A DNA stretch of 64,000 nt from Mustelus asterias (Eukaryota): contig NW_027590138.1 of NCBI RefSeq assembly GCF_964213995.1, positions 248,001 through 312,000 on the forward strand. Reading direction: 5' to 3'. Positions 25,298 through 37,868 of this stretch are shown here, piece by piece. How positions within the stretch are numbered: position 1 is the stretch's first letter; every line of letters starts with the position of its first letter. A program made the translations under genes and the position numbers. Below the pieces are notes generated by a model. The model saw nothing but the letters and a program-made list of their open reading frames with translations, did no database searches and was not told the DNA's origin.

Positions 25298-25962
25298 GTG
25301 GTTGTACTTTTATTTTCCCCATAAGCATTCATTGTCGCGCAGTTCCAGCTTGTGAACAGAGGCAACAATAAAAATATTTCTCAAGTGTTGCCGCTCGACT
25401 GTTGTCAGGTGTTGTCAACATTATTTATTTAATGAATATTCATATCATACATATCACATGGTATAATATATATTCATTTCAAATATGCAATTAAAGTTAA
25501 GAATTAGAGTCTTGGCTGGATGTGTTTGTGTGTCAGTTCTCCGATGAGTCCTCATCTGAGACTGGGAAACAATCTCTCAGTATTCTGTAGGTTCAATAAA
25601 ATTGTCTCTCAGTCTTCTAAACTCCAGGGAATTTCAGCCCAATTTACACAGCCTCTCATCCCAGGAGAACTCTCTCATCACAGGAACCTACCCAGTGGAC
25701 CGTCTCCGATGGAAGGGTAGCCTTTTTCGAAAATAAAAAGCATTGTCGATATCAGAACTGCACCGAATATTTCACACTTGCTCCCAACAAAACCCTGTAT
25801 AAATGTAAATTGGTGTTTTTATTCTTATACAGCAATCTGTTGGCAATAAAAACCAAAATGCTATTCCCTTCCTATTGTTTGCTGCACCACCATGCTATCT
25901 TCCTGCGTTCCTTGTACAAACACACCCAAATCTCTCAAGACAAACGCTTATATTAGGAAAGA

Positions 25963-26310
25963 CGATGGCCTGGTGATATTATCGCGAGATTATTTATCCA
26001 GAAACTCATCCAATTTTATGGGGCCCCGCTTTTGAATCCTGCCACGGCACGTTGTAGAATTGTTTTTCAATAAAAACTATCTGGAATTAAGAATCTACTG
26101 ATGACCATGAAACCATTGTCGATTGTCGGAAAAACAAACATTGAGTTCGGTAATGTGCTTTAGGGAAGGAAATCTGCCGTCCCTTATCCGTCTTGGCCGA
26201 CATTGATTCCAGAGCTGCAGCAAAGTGTTTGATCCTAACTGTCCCAGGGCAACCAGGATGGGCAATAAATGCTGGCCGGCAGCGACACCCATTTCTAATC
26301 AATTAAAAAA
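25963..26310 (+). mobile_element. SacSINE1/DeuSINE-like SINE (other copies ~13780-14090 -, ~22705-23005 -, ~34012-34360 +)
   Basis: GGAAGGAAATCTGCCGTCC...GGATGGGCAATAAATGCTGGCC core. Confidence 0.7.
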
Positions 26311-26376
26311 GAGCTAGGTCACCTTTACAAACATTGTCTGCTCTTTCTCCGTTTATGAACAAGATAAGATCTTTCT

Positions 26377-26677
26377 GGGCAACATGGTGGCACTGATGCT
26401 TCACAGAGCCAGGGGCCCGGTTTCAATTCCCGGCATTGGTTACTGTCTGTGCAGAGTCTGCATGCTTTCCCCGTGTTGCGTGGGTTTCCTGCGGGTGCCC
26501 CTTCTTATTCCCACAGAGTGAAAGATGTGCTGGTTAGGTACATTGGCCATGCTAAATTAATTAGCTGTCAATTTACCCGAGAAGGTGCCGGTTCTGCCGA
26601 TGACGTACTTGTCACAGAAACTTCATTGCGGTGTTAATGTAAGCTTAATTGTGGCACTAATAAATAAACTTTAAACT
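26377..26677 (+). mobile_element. V-SINE with an alternative 3' tail
   Basis: HE1-like head and V-domain, but the tail is ACTTCATTGCGGTGTTAATGTAAGC...AATAAATAAACTTTAAAC. Confidence 0.7.
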
Positions 26678-27619
26678 GTCCAACTGATGCAACCACTGAG
26701 CATTGGAGCCAATTCCTGCGCCCAGCGTGGAGTTGGTGTATCATCATCAGTGGAGCGAAGAAGAGATTGAATTCTCAGGTGGGTGATATTTGATGGATGT
26801 GGAAATATCCGAGGTGGAGAACAAGGAGTCAATCGATGAGACTTGAAAGAGGAAGAATTTGACATGTGTGTCAGTTGTTTTTGTGATAAATGTCTGCCGT
26901 GTCATTCTTCTTCAGAGTTTGTATTGTTACATCTCTGATTTTTCCGGCTCTGATACAATTCATACAGCTGAAGATTGATCTTGTTTCTCCCTTAACAGAC
27001 ACTGTGAGGCGTGCTTTCGTTTAATGAAGAGTTAAATAAGAAGTTATTCGCTACTTGCCTGGTACTCCAACGTGGAACATGGCAATGAAACCTGACCACG
27101 GCATGCCAGGAAAGCTTATATTAGAGATTTGAAATTCTTTGATAACCATCTCTGTCTCCACCGCTTCATTTCAAGTTACTTTCGCTACTGACATTGTCAC
27201 ACAGTAATTCTAACATCTTATGACCAACTGAAGCAAATTATGCCTTCTTCCTTTATGTTCAGATACTTTCATCTCCAGAAATTCAGTCCGTACTGAGCAA
27301 AGTGCTCTGTTTAGTTAACAGTTTATCATCACTTCCGGGCCATAGCTATAGAAACATTGACTCTGAACCACTAGACCACCCAGGCTCCACCATCACTTCC
27401 TCGATGTTGTCTTTTCCACCATTCATGCTGTCATGTAATCCATCCTGCTTTGTGCCCTATCACAAAAATCCTTTTTTTTCCCTTTCGCTGAGTGATTCCT
27501 CACTTTACAATCAGAAAATACTGGGAATACTCAGTCGGTCAGTTCATGTTTAGTGACAAACGCGCAAATAATTCCAGTAGTCGAATCCCTCTGAAATTAA
27601 AAGCTTTTGTTTTTTTTTG

Positions 27620-27830
27620 TGAAGGCAAAATACTGCGGATGCTGGAACCTGAAACAAAAATAGAAAAATGCTGGAAAATCTTAGCAGGTCTGACAGCAGC
27701 TGTCGAGAGAGAATAGAGCCATCGTTTCGAGTCCGGAGCTCTGACGAAGGGTCATCCAGACTTGAAAGTTTGGCTCTTCCCTCTCTCCACAGATGCTGTC
27801 ATGTCTCTTTAGACCTTCCAAACTTTTCTG
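27620..27830. mobile_element. Palindromic Penelope-type short repeat with a hammerhead-like core (related fragments near 900-1022, 9810-9940, 18680-18810, 33320-33460, 51865-51990)
   Basis: Inverted arms surround GAGCTCTGACGAAGGGTCATCCAGACTTGAAA. Confidence 0.6.
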
Positions 27831-27843
27831 TTTATGATGAAAC

Positions 27844-27915
27844 TATTTCTGCCACGATCAAACCAGGGATCTTTCGTGTGTAAGGCGAATGTGACAACCA
27901 CTACACCACAGAAAC
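27844..27915 (-). pseudogene. tRNA-Val pseudogene (TAC anticodon on an AAC/CAC-type body)
   Basis: Reverse complement: GTTTCTGTGGTGTAGTGGTTGTCACATTCGCCTTACACACGAAAGATCCCTGGTTTGATCGTGGCAGAAATA. The T arm is broken. Confidence 0.75.
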
Positions 27916-28082
27916 ATTGCGATGCAATGATTCAAGGAAACTGGTTCCACAAACCCATCAATTGCAAACAATAATTTACATTTGCATTCCATTGGAATTT
28001 GTGTGATAACAAAGGTATTTCATAAAGTTAAGGAACTGGACATGTAGCGGTGATGAGATTCGATCACACGCTTCAATTACTA

Positions 28083-28300
28083 TCACTGCCCAGTCAGTTC
28101 TCTCACAGCACCAGGTTAAAGTCCAACAGGTTTATTTGGTACCACGAACTTTCGGAGCACTGTCCGAATCAGGTGACTCACGTGATGAAGGGGCATGCAC
28201 CGAAAGCTTGTGCTACCAAATAAACCTGTTGGACTTTAACCTGGTGCTGTGAGATTATTTACTGTGCCTACCCCAGTCCAGCGCCGGAAACTCCACATCA
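28083..28300. mobile_element. Penelope terminal-repeat fragments in inverted arrangement (similar at ~14270-14345, 23190-23265, 55505-55668)
   Basis: CACCAGGTTAAAGTCCAACAGGTTTATTTGG ... CCAAATAAACCTGTTGGACTTTAACCTGGTG. Confidence 0.7.
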
Positions 28301-28569
28301 TTACTGCCCTGAGCTCATCAATGATACCAGCAGAACGTATTGATGCCGTATCTGGTATTGCCAATGAACAGCATCAATGGAGTGGAATTGGGTCACATGA
28401 ACCATTGAGCCTCCTCCATGACTGAATCAAGGCAGATCCACAGCCTCAATCCCAATTTCCCAGCTTATACCAACAGCCCTTCATTCACTTAGATTCCAAC
28501 AACTCTCCACCTCAACCTTCAAAGTCTTCATCAACTGAAGATTCACAGACCTCTGTGCCGCTACAGAAT

Positions 28570-28855
28570 TGATGCAAGATGGCGTCCGAGCGAGGCGAAC
28601 TCTTGGAAGCTGTGCCCAGCATACCTTCTAACTCTATCTTTTACTCTCGTTCTATGCTTCTAAAACTTCATTCTAACTCTTTTAAACTCTCTCACAATGT
28701 TTCAATTCAATTTCTAGCATCCCGGCTATGACTGTAACACTACACTCTGCACTCTCTCGTTTCCTTCTCTATGAACGGTATGCTTTGTCTGTACAGCGCG
28801 CAAGAACCAATACTTTTTATTGTATGCTAATACATGTGACAATAATAAGTCAAAT
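28570..28855 (+). mobile_element. Short non-autonomous Rex1-like element
   Basis: Starts CAAGATGGCGTCCG. The last ~130 nt match the Rex1-like 3' end seen at 61728-61850 on the minus strand. Confidence 0.55.
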
Positions 28856-30338
28856 AATTCCAAAGATTCACAAGCCTTTGAGTGAAGAAATATCTCCATA
28901 TCTCAGTCATGAATGGCTGAAACATTAACCAGAAAATGTAAGCCCAGAGTACCTTGCTGAGGCACTTTTGCCACTGTCGAACCGGAACATCACTCATTTG
29001 CCATGGCTAATCCATCGAACCTGCATCAGCTGCACCGTGAGTGTGACAGTGGAAGCAGAAAAGCAACAGGATGCCAGCGGCGACTTTGCTGAGGGTATTC
29101 TTTTTCAATAAATGGTGAAGAACAAATTTACATTTTGTCTGCACCAATCCAGTTCATATGCAACAGCGACCAAGAATCGGGGATAATTCAAAAAAATATT
29201 AATTTCGATAATGTTTCGACCTTATTTTGAATCGGGGAACTCATCGTATATGAAATGAACATGTTAACTCCTACAATCCAGAAACTCTGCTGATGACCAA
29301 TGTGACCGGCCGAGAATATCAAACCGTGCAGTCTGATTGCAATTTAAATCCTTGTTTTGTTGAAATATAATTCGGTTGCAAACCTTAGCCATGTGGCAGA
29401 GTCATTGATCTAACATAAGATTCAGAAAATAACATTTGTCCCGAATTTTATCTCTTTCTCCATGAATGCAGTTGCAGAATATTATTCAAGCATTGGGGGA
29501 GTGTAAATGCCACATGGCTGTGAGATAATGTGATTCCTTGATATTTAATAACACTTAGAGATGGGCAGCTGCTTTGAAAAGTTTTTATCAACTTTTTTTG
29601 AACACAAGGATCAGTATACTTCAGGAACACAGGTGACACATGGAAGTGTTTAGAATTTGATGCGTGTGCACAGATTCTGCCAAACCTGCTGAGAATTTCC
29701 ACCATCTCATGCTTGTATTATAAATACAGGTTTTATCAGAACATCAAACGGCAAGACGGCAATGATAAATGAAATAGTCCCACAAGCTGTTCACATGTAA
29801 CTTTCAATTTCCAAAACCCACCAACCTCATCATTACTGATCCTGTGAAAACTTACCTTGTAAAACACGGCAGGCATTCATCTCTCAAAGAACTGAAACGC
29901 CTCAAATGTGAACTCTCTGCTCTCAATCTCAGGACTTTTCAATTATAAAAGCAGCATTCTGGTGAAAGTTTAACTCAGTCCTCATTCCACTGATCTTTGC
30001 CGTCTTGCTGTGTATTTCCCTCATTGAACACATTTCAGGTTGGGACGGACAGATTCCTGATCTATCTGAGAAAGAAGAGGAATGGGCAGGAAAATGGAAA
30101 CCCAAGATCAAACATAGGTTAAAGTTTCGAGTTCAATTATTGAGTTTAATAATATTTGAAATATATAAATTGTTACAAATAATATGTCAGAGATAAATGT
30201 TCAATAAACTAACGTCGGCTAACAGTAGAGGCAGAAACACACGATAAGTTTTTTAAAAAATGTTGCCCAAGGACTCAGTGACACTCAAAAACCGAGAGAC
30301 AATGAAAGCAGATGGAGTGGAAAAAATACTGAAAGCCC

Positions 30339-30412
30339 CGTCCCTGGATGGTCTCGAACCATCAACCTCCCGGTTAACAGCCGAACGCGCTAACCAATTG
30401 CGCCACAGAGAC
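30339..30412 (-). tRNA. tRNA-Asn(GTT) variant
   Basis: Same as 16623-16696 except that the anticodon stem TTCGG/CCGGG has two G-U pairs. A T6 run lies downstream. Confidence 0.82.
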
Positions 30413-30804
30413 TGACACAACTGGAACCTACAAGGCATCCTAAATCAGGGCGACAGCGTGTTGGCTGCAAGTTCGACGCCAATTCAATTTTCACCAAACC
30501 TGACACAGAAGGACCAAATGATGGCATCGTTTACAAATCTAAACATGTATATTTTATTATTTTACCCCACAGTGTTGTTGTGGTGTAATGGTTAATCCCT
30601 TCTCCTAACATGGAAAAGGGCCGTTTGAAAGAGCAGGGAGGGACAGACTGTTCCCACTGACTGGGCTCAGTAACAGAGGACTTGGAATGAAGATCATGAA
30701 ATAATTGCATTTATATAGAACCTATCCCGACCTGCGGACGTCACAAAGCACTTTCCAGTCAATGAAGGGCAGTTTTAATTGGAAAAAAACCAATTAAGCG
30801 CGGA

Positions 30805-30876
30805 AGCAGGCATTCGATTTGAATGCAGAAACGTCGTGACCTGCAGTCAAATGCTCTATCCCTAAGCTACATTCCC
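30805..30876 (-). pseudogene. tRNA-Cys(GCA) pseudogene
   Basis: Reverse complement: GGGAATGTAGCTTAGGGATAGAGCATTTGACTGCAGGTCAC...TTCAAATCGAATGCC. Confidence 0.72.
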
Positions 30877-31249
30877 TTTATTCTAAGCTCCCGTTTTGTC
30901 GCTCGTTAGTCCTCTGTCTCGCGTGGTCTATACTTATGTTTGCTCCTCTGTGTGCGTCACTGTGCTTACGTACACCAAGGGTGTGAACGCGTTTTTTTTT
31001 TAACCATCACAAACTCTATTCACTTACTTTATAAATCTTCTTGGTAAATGTACAGAAGATGGCAAAAGGCTGAAAGTTGCGAGATGAAATTGACCTTTTC
31101 TGTTATTTGTGAGTGAAGGGTGCTTATTGACTGAGTTCCCGTATGTTCCATTGTGCAAGATGATTAAAAGTTTTCTTTGATCAACATTTAAACAGACAGC
31201 GGATTCACTCGATGTGATGGTGGTCCCAGTTCTATATCTGCGATCACAC

Positions 31250-32078
31250 CATAAGACCATAAGACCATAAGACATAGGAGCGGAAGTAAGGCCATTCGGC
31301 CCATCGAGTCCACTCCACCATTCAATCATGGTTGATTTCAACTCCATTTACCCGCTCTCTCCCCATAGCCCTTAATTCCTCGAGAAATCAAGAATTTATC
31401 AATTTCTGTCTTGAAGACGCTCAACGTCTCGGCCTCCACAGCCCTCTGTGGCAATGAATTCCACAGACCTACCACTCTCTGGCTGAAGAAATTTCTCCTC
31501 ATCTCAGTTCTAAAGTGACTCCCTTTTATTCTAAGGCTGTGCCCCCGCGTCCTAGTCTCCCCTGCTAATGGAAACAACTTCCCTACGTCCATCCTATCTA
31601 AGCCGTTCATTATCTTGTAAGTTTCTATTAGATCTCCCCTCAACCTCCTAAACTCCAATGAATATAATCCCACGATCCTCAGACGTTCATCGTATGTCAG
31701 GCCTACCATTCCTGGGATCATCCGTGTGAATCTCCGCTGGACCCGCTCCAGTGCCAGTATGTCCTTCCTGAGGTGTGGGGCCCAAAATTGCTCACAGTAC
31801 TCCAAATGGGGCCTAACCAGTGCTTTATAAAGCCTCAGAAGTACATCCCTGCTTTTGTATTCCAAGCCTCTTGAGATAAATGACAACATTACATTTGCTT
31901 TCTTAATTACGGACTCAACCTGCAAGTTTACCTTTAGAGAATCCTGGACTAGGACTCCCAAGTCCCTTTGCACTTTAGCATTATGAATTTTGTCACCATT
32001 TAGAAAATAGTCCATGCCTCTATTCTTTTTTCCAAAGTGCAAGACCTCGCACTTGCCCACGTTGAATTTCATCAGCCA
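31250..32078 (-). mobile_element. Young 5'-truncated CR1 LINE (ORF2 C-terminus with an open frame)
   Basis: ORF 31338-32126: WLMKFNVGKCEVLHFG...LYKALVRPHLEYC...ERVQRRFTRMIPG...RRLRGDLIETYKI...FFSQRVVGLWNSLP. The 3' tail is (GTCTTATG)n. Confidence 0.93.
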
Positions 32079-33465
32079 GAGAAGTGATCCATGCAACAAA
32101 GAGAAATTTTCTCCAGTCAGAAACACAATGAGCTTCAGTGAAGGGCCTGTACGATTTAAACTGTCCTTAACCTCGTCTGGTTCCTAATCTCCCGCCAGAA
32201 ATGACAAGAAAACTTCCTGTTGAACTTGGTCAGGGTCTTCATTTCAATAAGGGCAGGACATGAGGCGAGACCAGGATTCCTGCATTCTACAGGGAAATAA
32301 CTGAAATGTGTTTCATGGTTTGGACACGAGCAATAAATCTTCATATCCTGACCTGTAATCAAAACAGCAGTGAAAGTGTCAAACTCTATCCATCAGACCA
32401 GCAGGTTGCAGCATGTTTTAAAATTTGCTTTATCCACGCTCCTTTTGTTATTTTTAAGCTCGCTGAAAGCACACTTGAACCAAAGGGATTCTCCTGAAAA
32501 ATGACACAATCTGCTTCAAAATAGTAATATGTTCAGCCATTGACAACATACAACAAACTCGCCACTTCAATTATTACATTCTTTCTGAGGGTTCGAAACC
32601 GGACAGCAATATTTCTGCATGCTTTTCAATACAGAGTCAGGGAAACGTTTCATAATTTGTGTTTTTGCTAAATGTCAACTGATGTGCTGAGGATTTCCAG
32701 CATTTTCTGATTGCAAAGTCAGGAGTCACTCGGTAAAAACAACAAAAGTGAAGGTCTGTGGCAGAGAGCAAGGCAAGGTGGATTAACTGACACAAGGAAT
32801 GATAGACAAGGCAACATTGAGCAGGTGATGCTGGAGAGCGGGTGGTCTCGTGGTTCAGATTCAAGGCTTTAACCGCCAAGGCCCAGGCTCAATGACAGGT
32901 GACAAATTGTGAAAATAGAATTTCGTATGAAACAACTTGTCTCTTTCTTATTCCTGATCAAGTAATCACAACTGTTGTTTCAAAGCAATATGCCAAGACT
33001 AATAAGCTGTTCCTCTACTGTAACTTTCTATGATTGGTTCATTTTCATCCCCACTGCTGCTGCCTTCACAGTATTTCTTTCATCCTACAACCCATTACTG
33101 CAAAATCCACCTTCTTCACTTGTGTTCAGCTCCTGTGACCTCATGGGACTGAGTAGATTCAATGCGAATATTATCATTTAGTCCGAGATTTGGAGCGAGA
33201 TCTAGGCGATATTTGTGTCAGTGTAAAAGGGAAAGTCTGACCCATTACCACCCAAATATACGTTGCAACACCATCTCTATCGTCAGTACGTTGCAGCCTA
33301 TCGCTCTCCTTTGCTTATTGAAACAAAAACAGAAAATGCTGGATGATGTCAACAGTTTTAACAGTATCAGTGGATAGAGAATAGAGACAACGTTTCGAGT
33401 CCTGATGACCCGCCGTCAGAGCTCTGAACCTCTGACAAGCTGATTTCGAAACGTTGGCTCCAATC

Positions 33466-35350
33466 CCATAGAGTCAAAGAGTCATAGAGTCACAGAGGTT
33501 CACAGCATAGAAAAAGGCCCTTCTGCCAGACTTGTCCATGCCACCCTTTTTTAACGACCAAGCCAATGCCAATTGCCTGCGTTTGGCCCATATCCCTCGA
33601 TAGCAATCTTGCTCATGTAACTTTCTAAACGCTTGTTAAAAGACAAAATTGTACCCACCTCTACTACTATCTCTGGCAGATTGTTACAGACACTCACCAC
33701 CCTCAGTGTGAAAAAGAAATGCTCCTCTGGATCCTTTTGTATCTCTCCTCTCTCATCTTAAACCTATGCCTTCCAGTTTTAGACTCCCCTACCACTGGGA
33801 AATGATATTGACTATCTAGCTGATCTATGTCTCGCAGTATTTCATAGACCTCTATAAGATCGTCCTGAGCCTCCTACATTCCAGAGAAAAAAATCCCAGT
33901 CTATCCAACCACTCCTTGTAACTCAAACCAACAAGTTCTCGGAGCATCCTAGTAAATCGTTTCTGCATTCTTTTTAGTTTAATAATATCCTTTCTATAAT
34001 AGAATGACCAGAACAGTGGTACTAACGCTAGACTATTAATCCAGAAACTCAACTAAGTTCTGTGGACCGGGGCTCGAACTCGGTCATGACAGCCGGTGGA
34101 ATTTGAATTCAATAAAAAAAATTCTGGAATTAAGAATCTACTGATGACCATGAAACCATTGTTGATTGTTGGAAAGACTTCTCTGGTTCACTAATGCTCT
34201 TTAGGGGAGGACATTTGCTGTCATTACACGGTCTGGCCTATATGTGACTCCAGAACCACAGCAATGTGATTGCCTCTCAACTGCTTTCGGGCAACTGGGG
34301 ATGGGCAATAAATGCTGGCCAGCCAGCGACGCCCATGTCCCACGAACACATAAAAAAAAACTACAGATGTGAGGCTCACCAGCCCGAAGTTCCCAGGCTT
34401 TTCGCGTTTAAACAAAGACACAACATTTGCCACCCTCCAATCTTCGGGCACCTCACCTATGGCTATCGATGTTTAAAATATCTCTGCTGGAGGATACACA
34501 ATTTCCTCCCTAGCCTCCTACAACGTCCTAGGATACACTTCATCAGCTGCTGAGGATTTATCTACCTGGATGCGCTTTAAGACTCCAGCAAATCCTTCTC
34601 TGTAAAACCTAAACTCCTCAAGATATTGCTATTTATTTTCCCAAGTTCCATCACATCCATGTCTTTCTGATGGTCTCTCTGCAAAAATGCCTTCAGACCT
34701 GATGAGATATTCTGGTCCACTTCTGGCCTCCACGACCATTAGGAACATTCTCTCTGAATCTACCCTGTCTAACTCTGTTAGAATTTTCATAGAATCATAG
34801 AAACCCTACAGTACAGAAAGAGGCCATTCGGCCCATCGAGTCTGCACCGATCACAATCCCACCCAGGCCCTATCCCCATATCCCTACATATTTTACCCAC
34901 TAATCCCGCTAATCTACGCATCCCAGGACACTAAGGGGCAATTTTAGCATAGCCAATCAACCTAACCCGCACATCTTTGGACTGTGGGAGGAAACCGGAG
35001 CACCCGGAGGAAACCCACGCAGACACGAGGAGAATGTGCAAACTCCACACAGACAGTGATCCAAGCCGGGAATTGAACCCAGGTCCCTGGAACTGTGAAG
35101 CAGCAGTGCTAACCACTGTGCTACCGTGCCGGTTTGTTAGTTGCTATGACTCCTCCCTGAATCTTCTCAACTAGAGTGAATGTAATGCTAACCGACTTCG
35201 TCCCTCCTCATATGACAGACCTGCCATCCCAGATATAAGCCTGGTAAACTTTCGCTGTACTCCCTGTAGGGCAATGAAATCCATCCCCAGATAAGGACAC
35301 CAAAACTGCACACAATACTCACGGTGTGGTCTCACTAACACCCTATACAA
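33466..35350 (-). mobile_element. Nest of CR1 fragments interrupted by SINEs
   Basis: ORFs 33852 and 34224 (PEDWRVANVVSLFKREKPGNF..VSLTSV, CR1 RT N-terminal region). Confidence 0.75.
34787..35130 (-). mobile_element. HE1-type V-SINE, near full length
   Basis: tRNA-like head GGCACGGTAGCACAGTGGTTAGCACTGCTGCTTCACAG...GGTTCAATTCCCGG, V-domain GTGGAGTTTGCAC...GGGTTTCCTCCGGGTGCTCCGGTTTCCTCCCACAGTCCAAAGA, and a CR1-like tail. Partial copies at ~56135-56335 (-) and ~57829-58085 (+). Confidence 0.88.
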
Positions 35351-37868
35351 TTGTATTAATGACTGAAGAGGCTCGAAAGGCTGAGCGGCCTGCAGTGGTC
35401 CCTATTTCTTATGGCATTTTTGGTCCTCATGTTTTGGAACTCTCTTTCTCAATAAGCGGTGGCAGCAGAGTTTTCATTATTTTTAAGGTAGATGTGGATA
35501 AGCTTTTGCAGAGTCATACGTGATTGGTGATCAGGTGTAGGTGGACTGCAAATTTGATGTTAGAATTAAGTTTTGAAATGGAGGAGCGGGCTCGAGGGGC
35601 TTAATGTCCTCCGTATCTTTCTCCTTTGATTGTTCATACGACGATCTGAGGGACAACACATTCCTCATAATTGTCTTTAATGAGCGACTCCTTATTTGGA
35701 ACATTCCCACCGGGTTTTGGATTCTCTCCGAAATGGCAACATTCTGTGCACATCCACAATGTCAACATCCCTCAAGATCTTAAACTCTTCCATTAAGTCG
35801 CCTCTTACTATTCGAAGTTTTAGTGTGTATATGTCTACTCTCTCCAACCATCTCCATGAGACAACCCGCTCATTACTAGAAATCGTTTGGTAAACCTTCT
35901 CAGGAGTGTCTCAAAGACATTTTCATTTCCCATTATATATCGATAGCCAAAGGTATACACGTTATTTCTAACATGGGCTCACTATCTGAAGGGCTTGAAC
36001 CTGCAAGGCCACGAAGCAGATGATAGAATGTGGGATTAGACGGAGCCACGAGTTCCATTTGTCTCTGTTGTATCCAGAGCATGTATGATGGGCTGAATGG
36101 CCCGTTTCTGCATCATTACCTTTCTATTCTTCTAGTTATCACCAGAGTTTTGTGCAACTGAATGGGTATGTATAAATAATATTGGGTGTAATTCATGTAA
36201 AATAATGTCCTTTTTTGTCAGGTTTATAATTAGGCTGTACTGACATTTGTTTTAAATTCGAGCAAAAAATAATAGAAGGAATTAAATATTACTAAGTAGA
36301 GTGAATTGAAGGTGAAAGATATTTCGAGAAGATAAAACGTGCAGATCGATGGAATTGCATCCACACAGTCTGAAAGCAGCACGGCATGCAGAGAAAGATG
36401 TAAGGTTGGGTGAAGGGCTCAGGACACATCCTCACTTATCATCAAAAGTACAGGAAATTTTACATGTGTTTCGGAAGGCAGGTTGGACACCTGATTTACC
36501 TCTTGCACGGATTAATCTCCATAAAATAATATCTGCGAACAATACAAGGGTAGATGGTTATTTTATCGGATTAAGACCTGTTTCTTGCTGAATACCAGCA
36601 GTGTAATATTTCTAATCATCCTGCTTTTGACACCTCTCTTTTATTAGCAGAAGCATCAACATTATTCCCCGAATCTGCACCAATTTCACTATTACAGTTT
36701 CATTGAAATTCTGAAATTGTAGATTGACATTATGAGATAGAAATATTCGTTACTGTCTTAATTCACTTCAGTTCAGTGACATAGTCTTAATCAATAATCC
36801 TATTTTTCACCAAACTGCTTGGACCTATTTGTTTGTCTTCAGTCAGGTCATTTTCTTTGATTGCAAATGACTTTCAATAAACATGTATTTTGCAAGAAAA
36901 GCTGAATTCATCTTGTTTGTTCAGCGATTGTGAATAATCGTGTAGGCACAAAGTTTAATTGTTTCATCGGTGACTTTCCTCACTCCATAAATAGGCAATG
37001 CTTTCATTGTGCCCACCGGTGTTAAAAATGAGAGTGGTCTCCAGTATAACCAGAAATCATTGAATCTCAGAGTCGATAAACCATGTTCTGGATTATTCCA
37101 CTTGAGCTTCGTACTATTTGGGTACGTCACGATGTCCAAAGGATTTACTACCCACTCCGTTGGTGTGACTGGTGAGTCTAATTTCACTATATTTATTACC
37201 TTGTCCATGAGATCCAGATAATAATATTATTATATGCAAACGTCATGTTCCTTATGTGTTAATGCAGTGGGAAAAATTCTCTCTCTTCTCAGCAGCGATT
37301 CTCCCTACTGTCGCCTGGTGGTTGCTCTTTATTTCCCTCTCACTCCCCTCCCCGCTACCACGCCCCACCCCCCACCCCCATCTCCTCGCTCCACCCACTC
37401 CGTCCCCACCTCCACCAGCCACTTTCACTGTTCCTGCCTTAGTATCTAAAGGGTCCTGACCTCAGTAAAAGTATATATATATATAATTTCCAATACTGTG
37501 ATTCACAGCCAATTCCAAGTCAACTTATGCAATATCTACAAATGCACAGTCTACAGCAGAGTCACAGCAGAGTGACCCGGACCAGGGACATTTGGTCCAA
37601 ACCCATTGGCATCATTGTGTTTCCCAAATACAAATATGGAGAAGGCCGGAAAGTGGAGATCTGATCTGTTGGTGAATCTGCTTTCTTGCTACGTCAATGC
37701 GGTGCCTTCCTACTATGAACTCAGTCTCAGCGGAACCAGTGAATCCATATTATTCTGAGGCTGGATTAAGTGAAAACAAATACTTCAGCTGTTCCCCAGA
37801 ATCCTGACAGACCGCTGCTCCCGTTCTCAATCTGAAATAGGAGTTAATTGTGTCTCTCTTCGTAACAG

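Larger units (their letters stand above)
29907..31250 (+). repeat. Partial cassette copy (Asn-Cys segment)
   Basis: Closely matches 16192-17050 (ORFs 16214/29929, 16290/30005, 16504/30253). It continues into sequence found inverted at ~47790-48650. Confidence 0.85.

Noticed and set aside
27844-27915. Anticodon-switched functional tRNA-Val(TAC)
   Set aside because: The T arm and anticodon stem are broken. A single substitution in a pseudogene explains the anticodon.
29212-29285. Further very faint tRNA relics (also ~5880, 26690, 27050, 28045, 32840, 44470, 53760)
   Set aside because: They are too degenerate to assign reliably without a covariance-model search.
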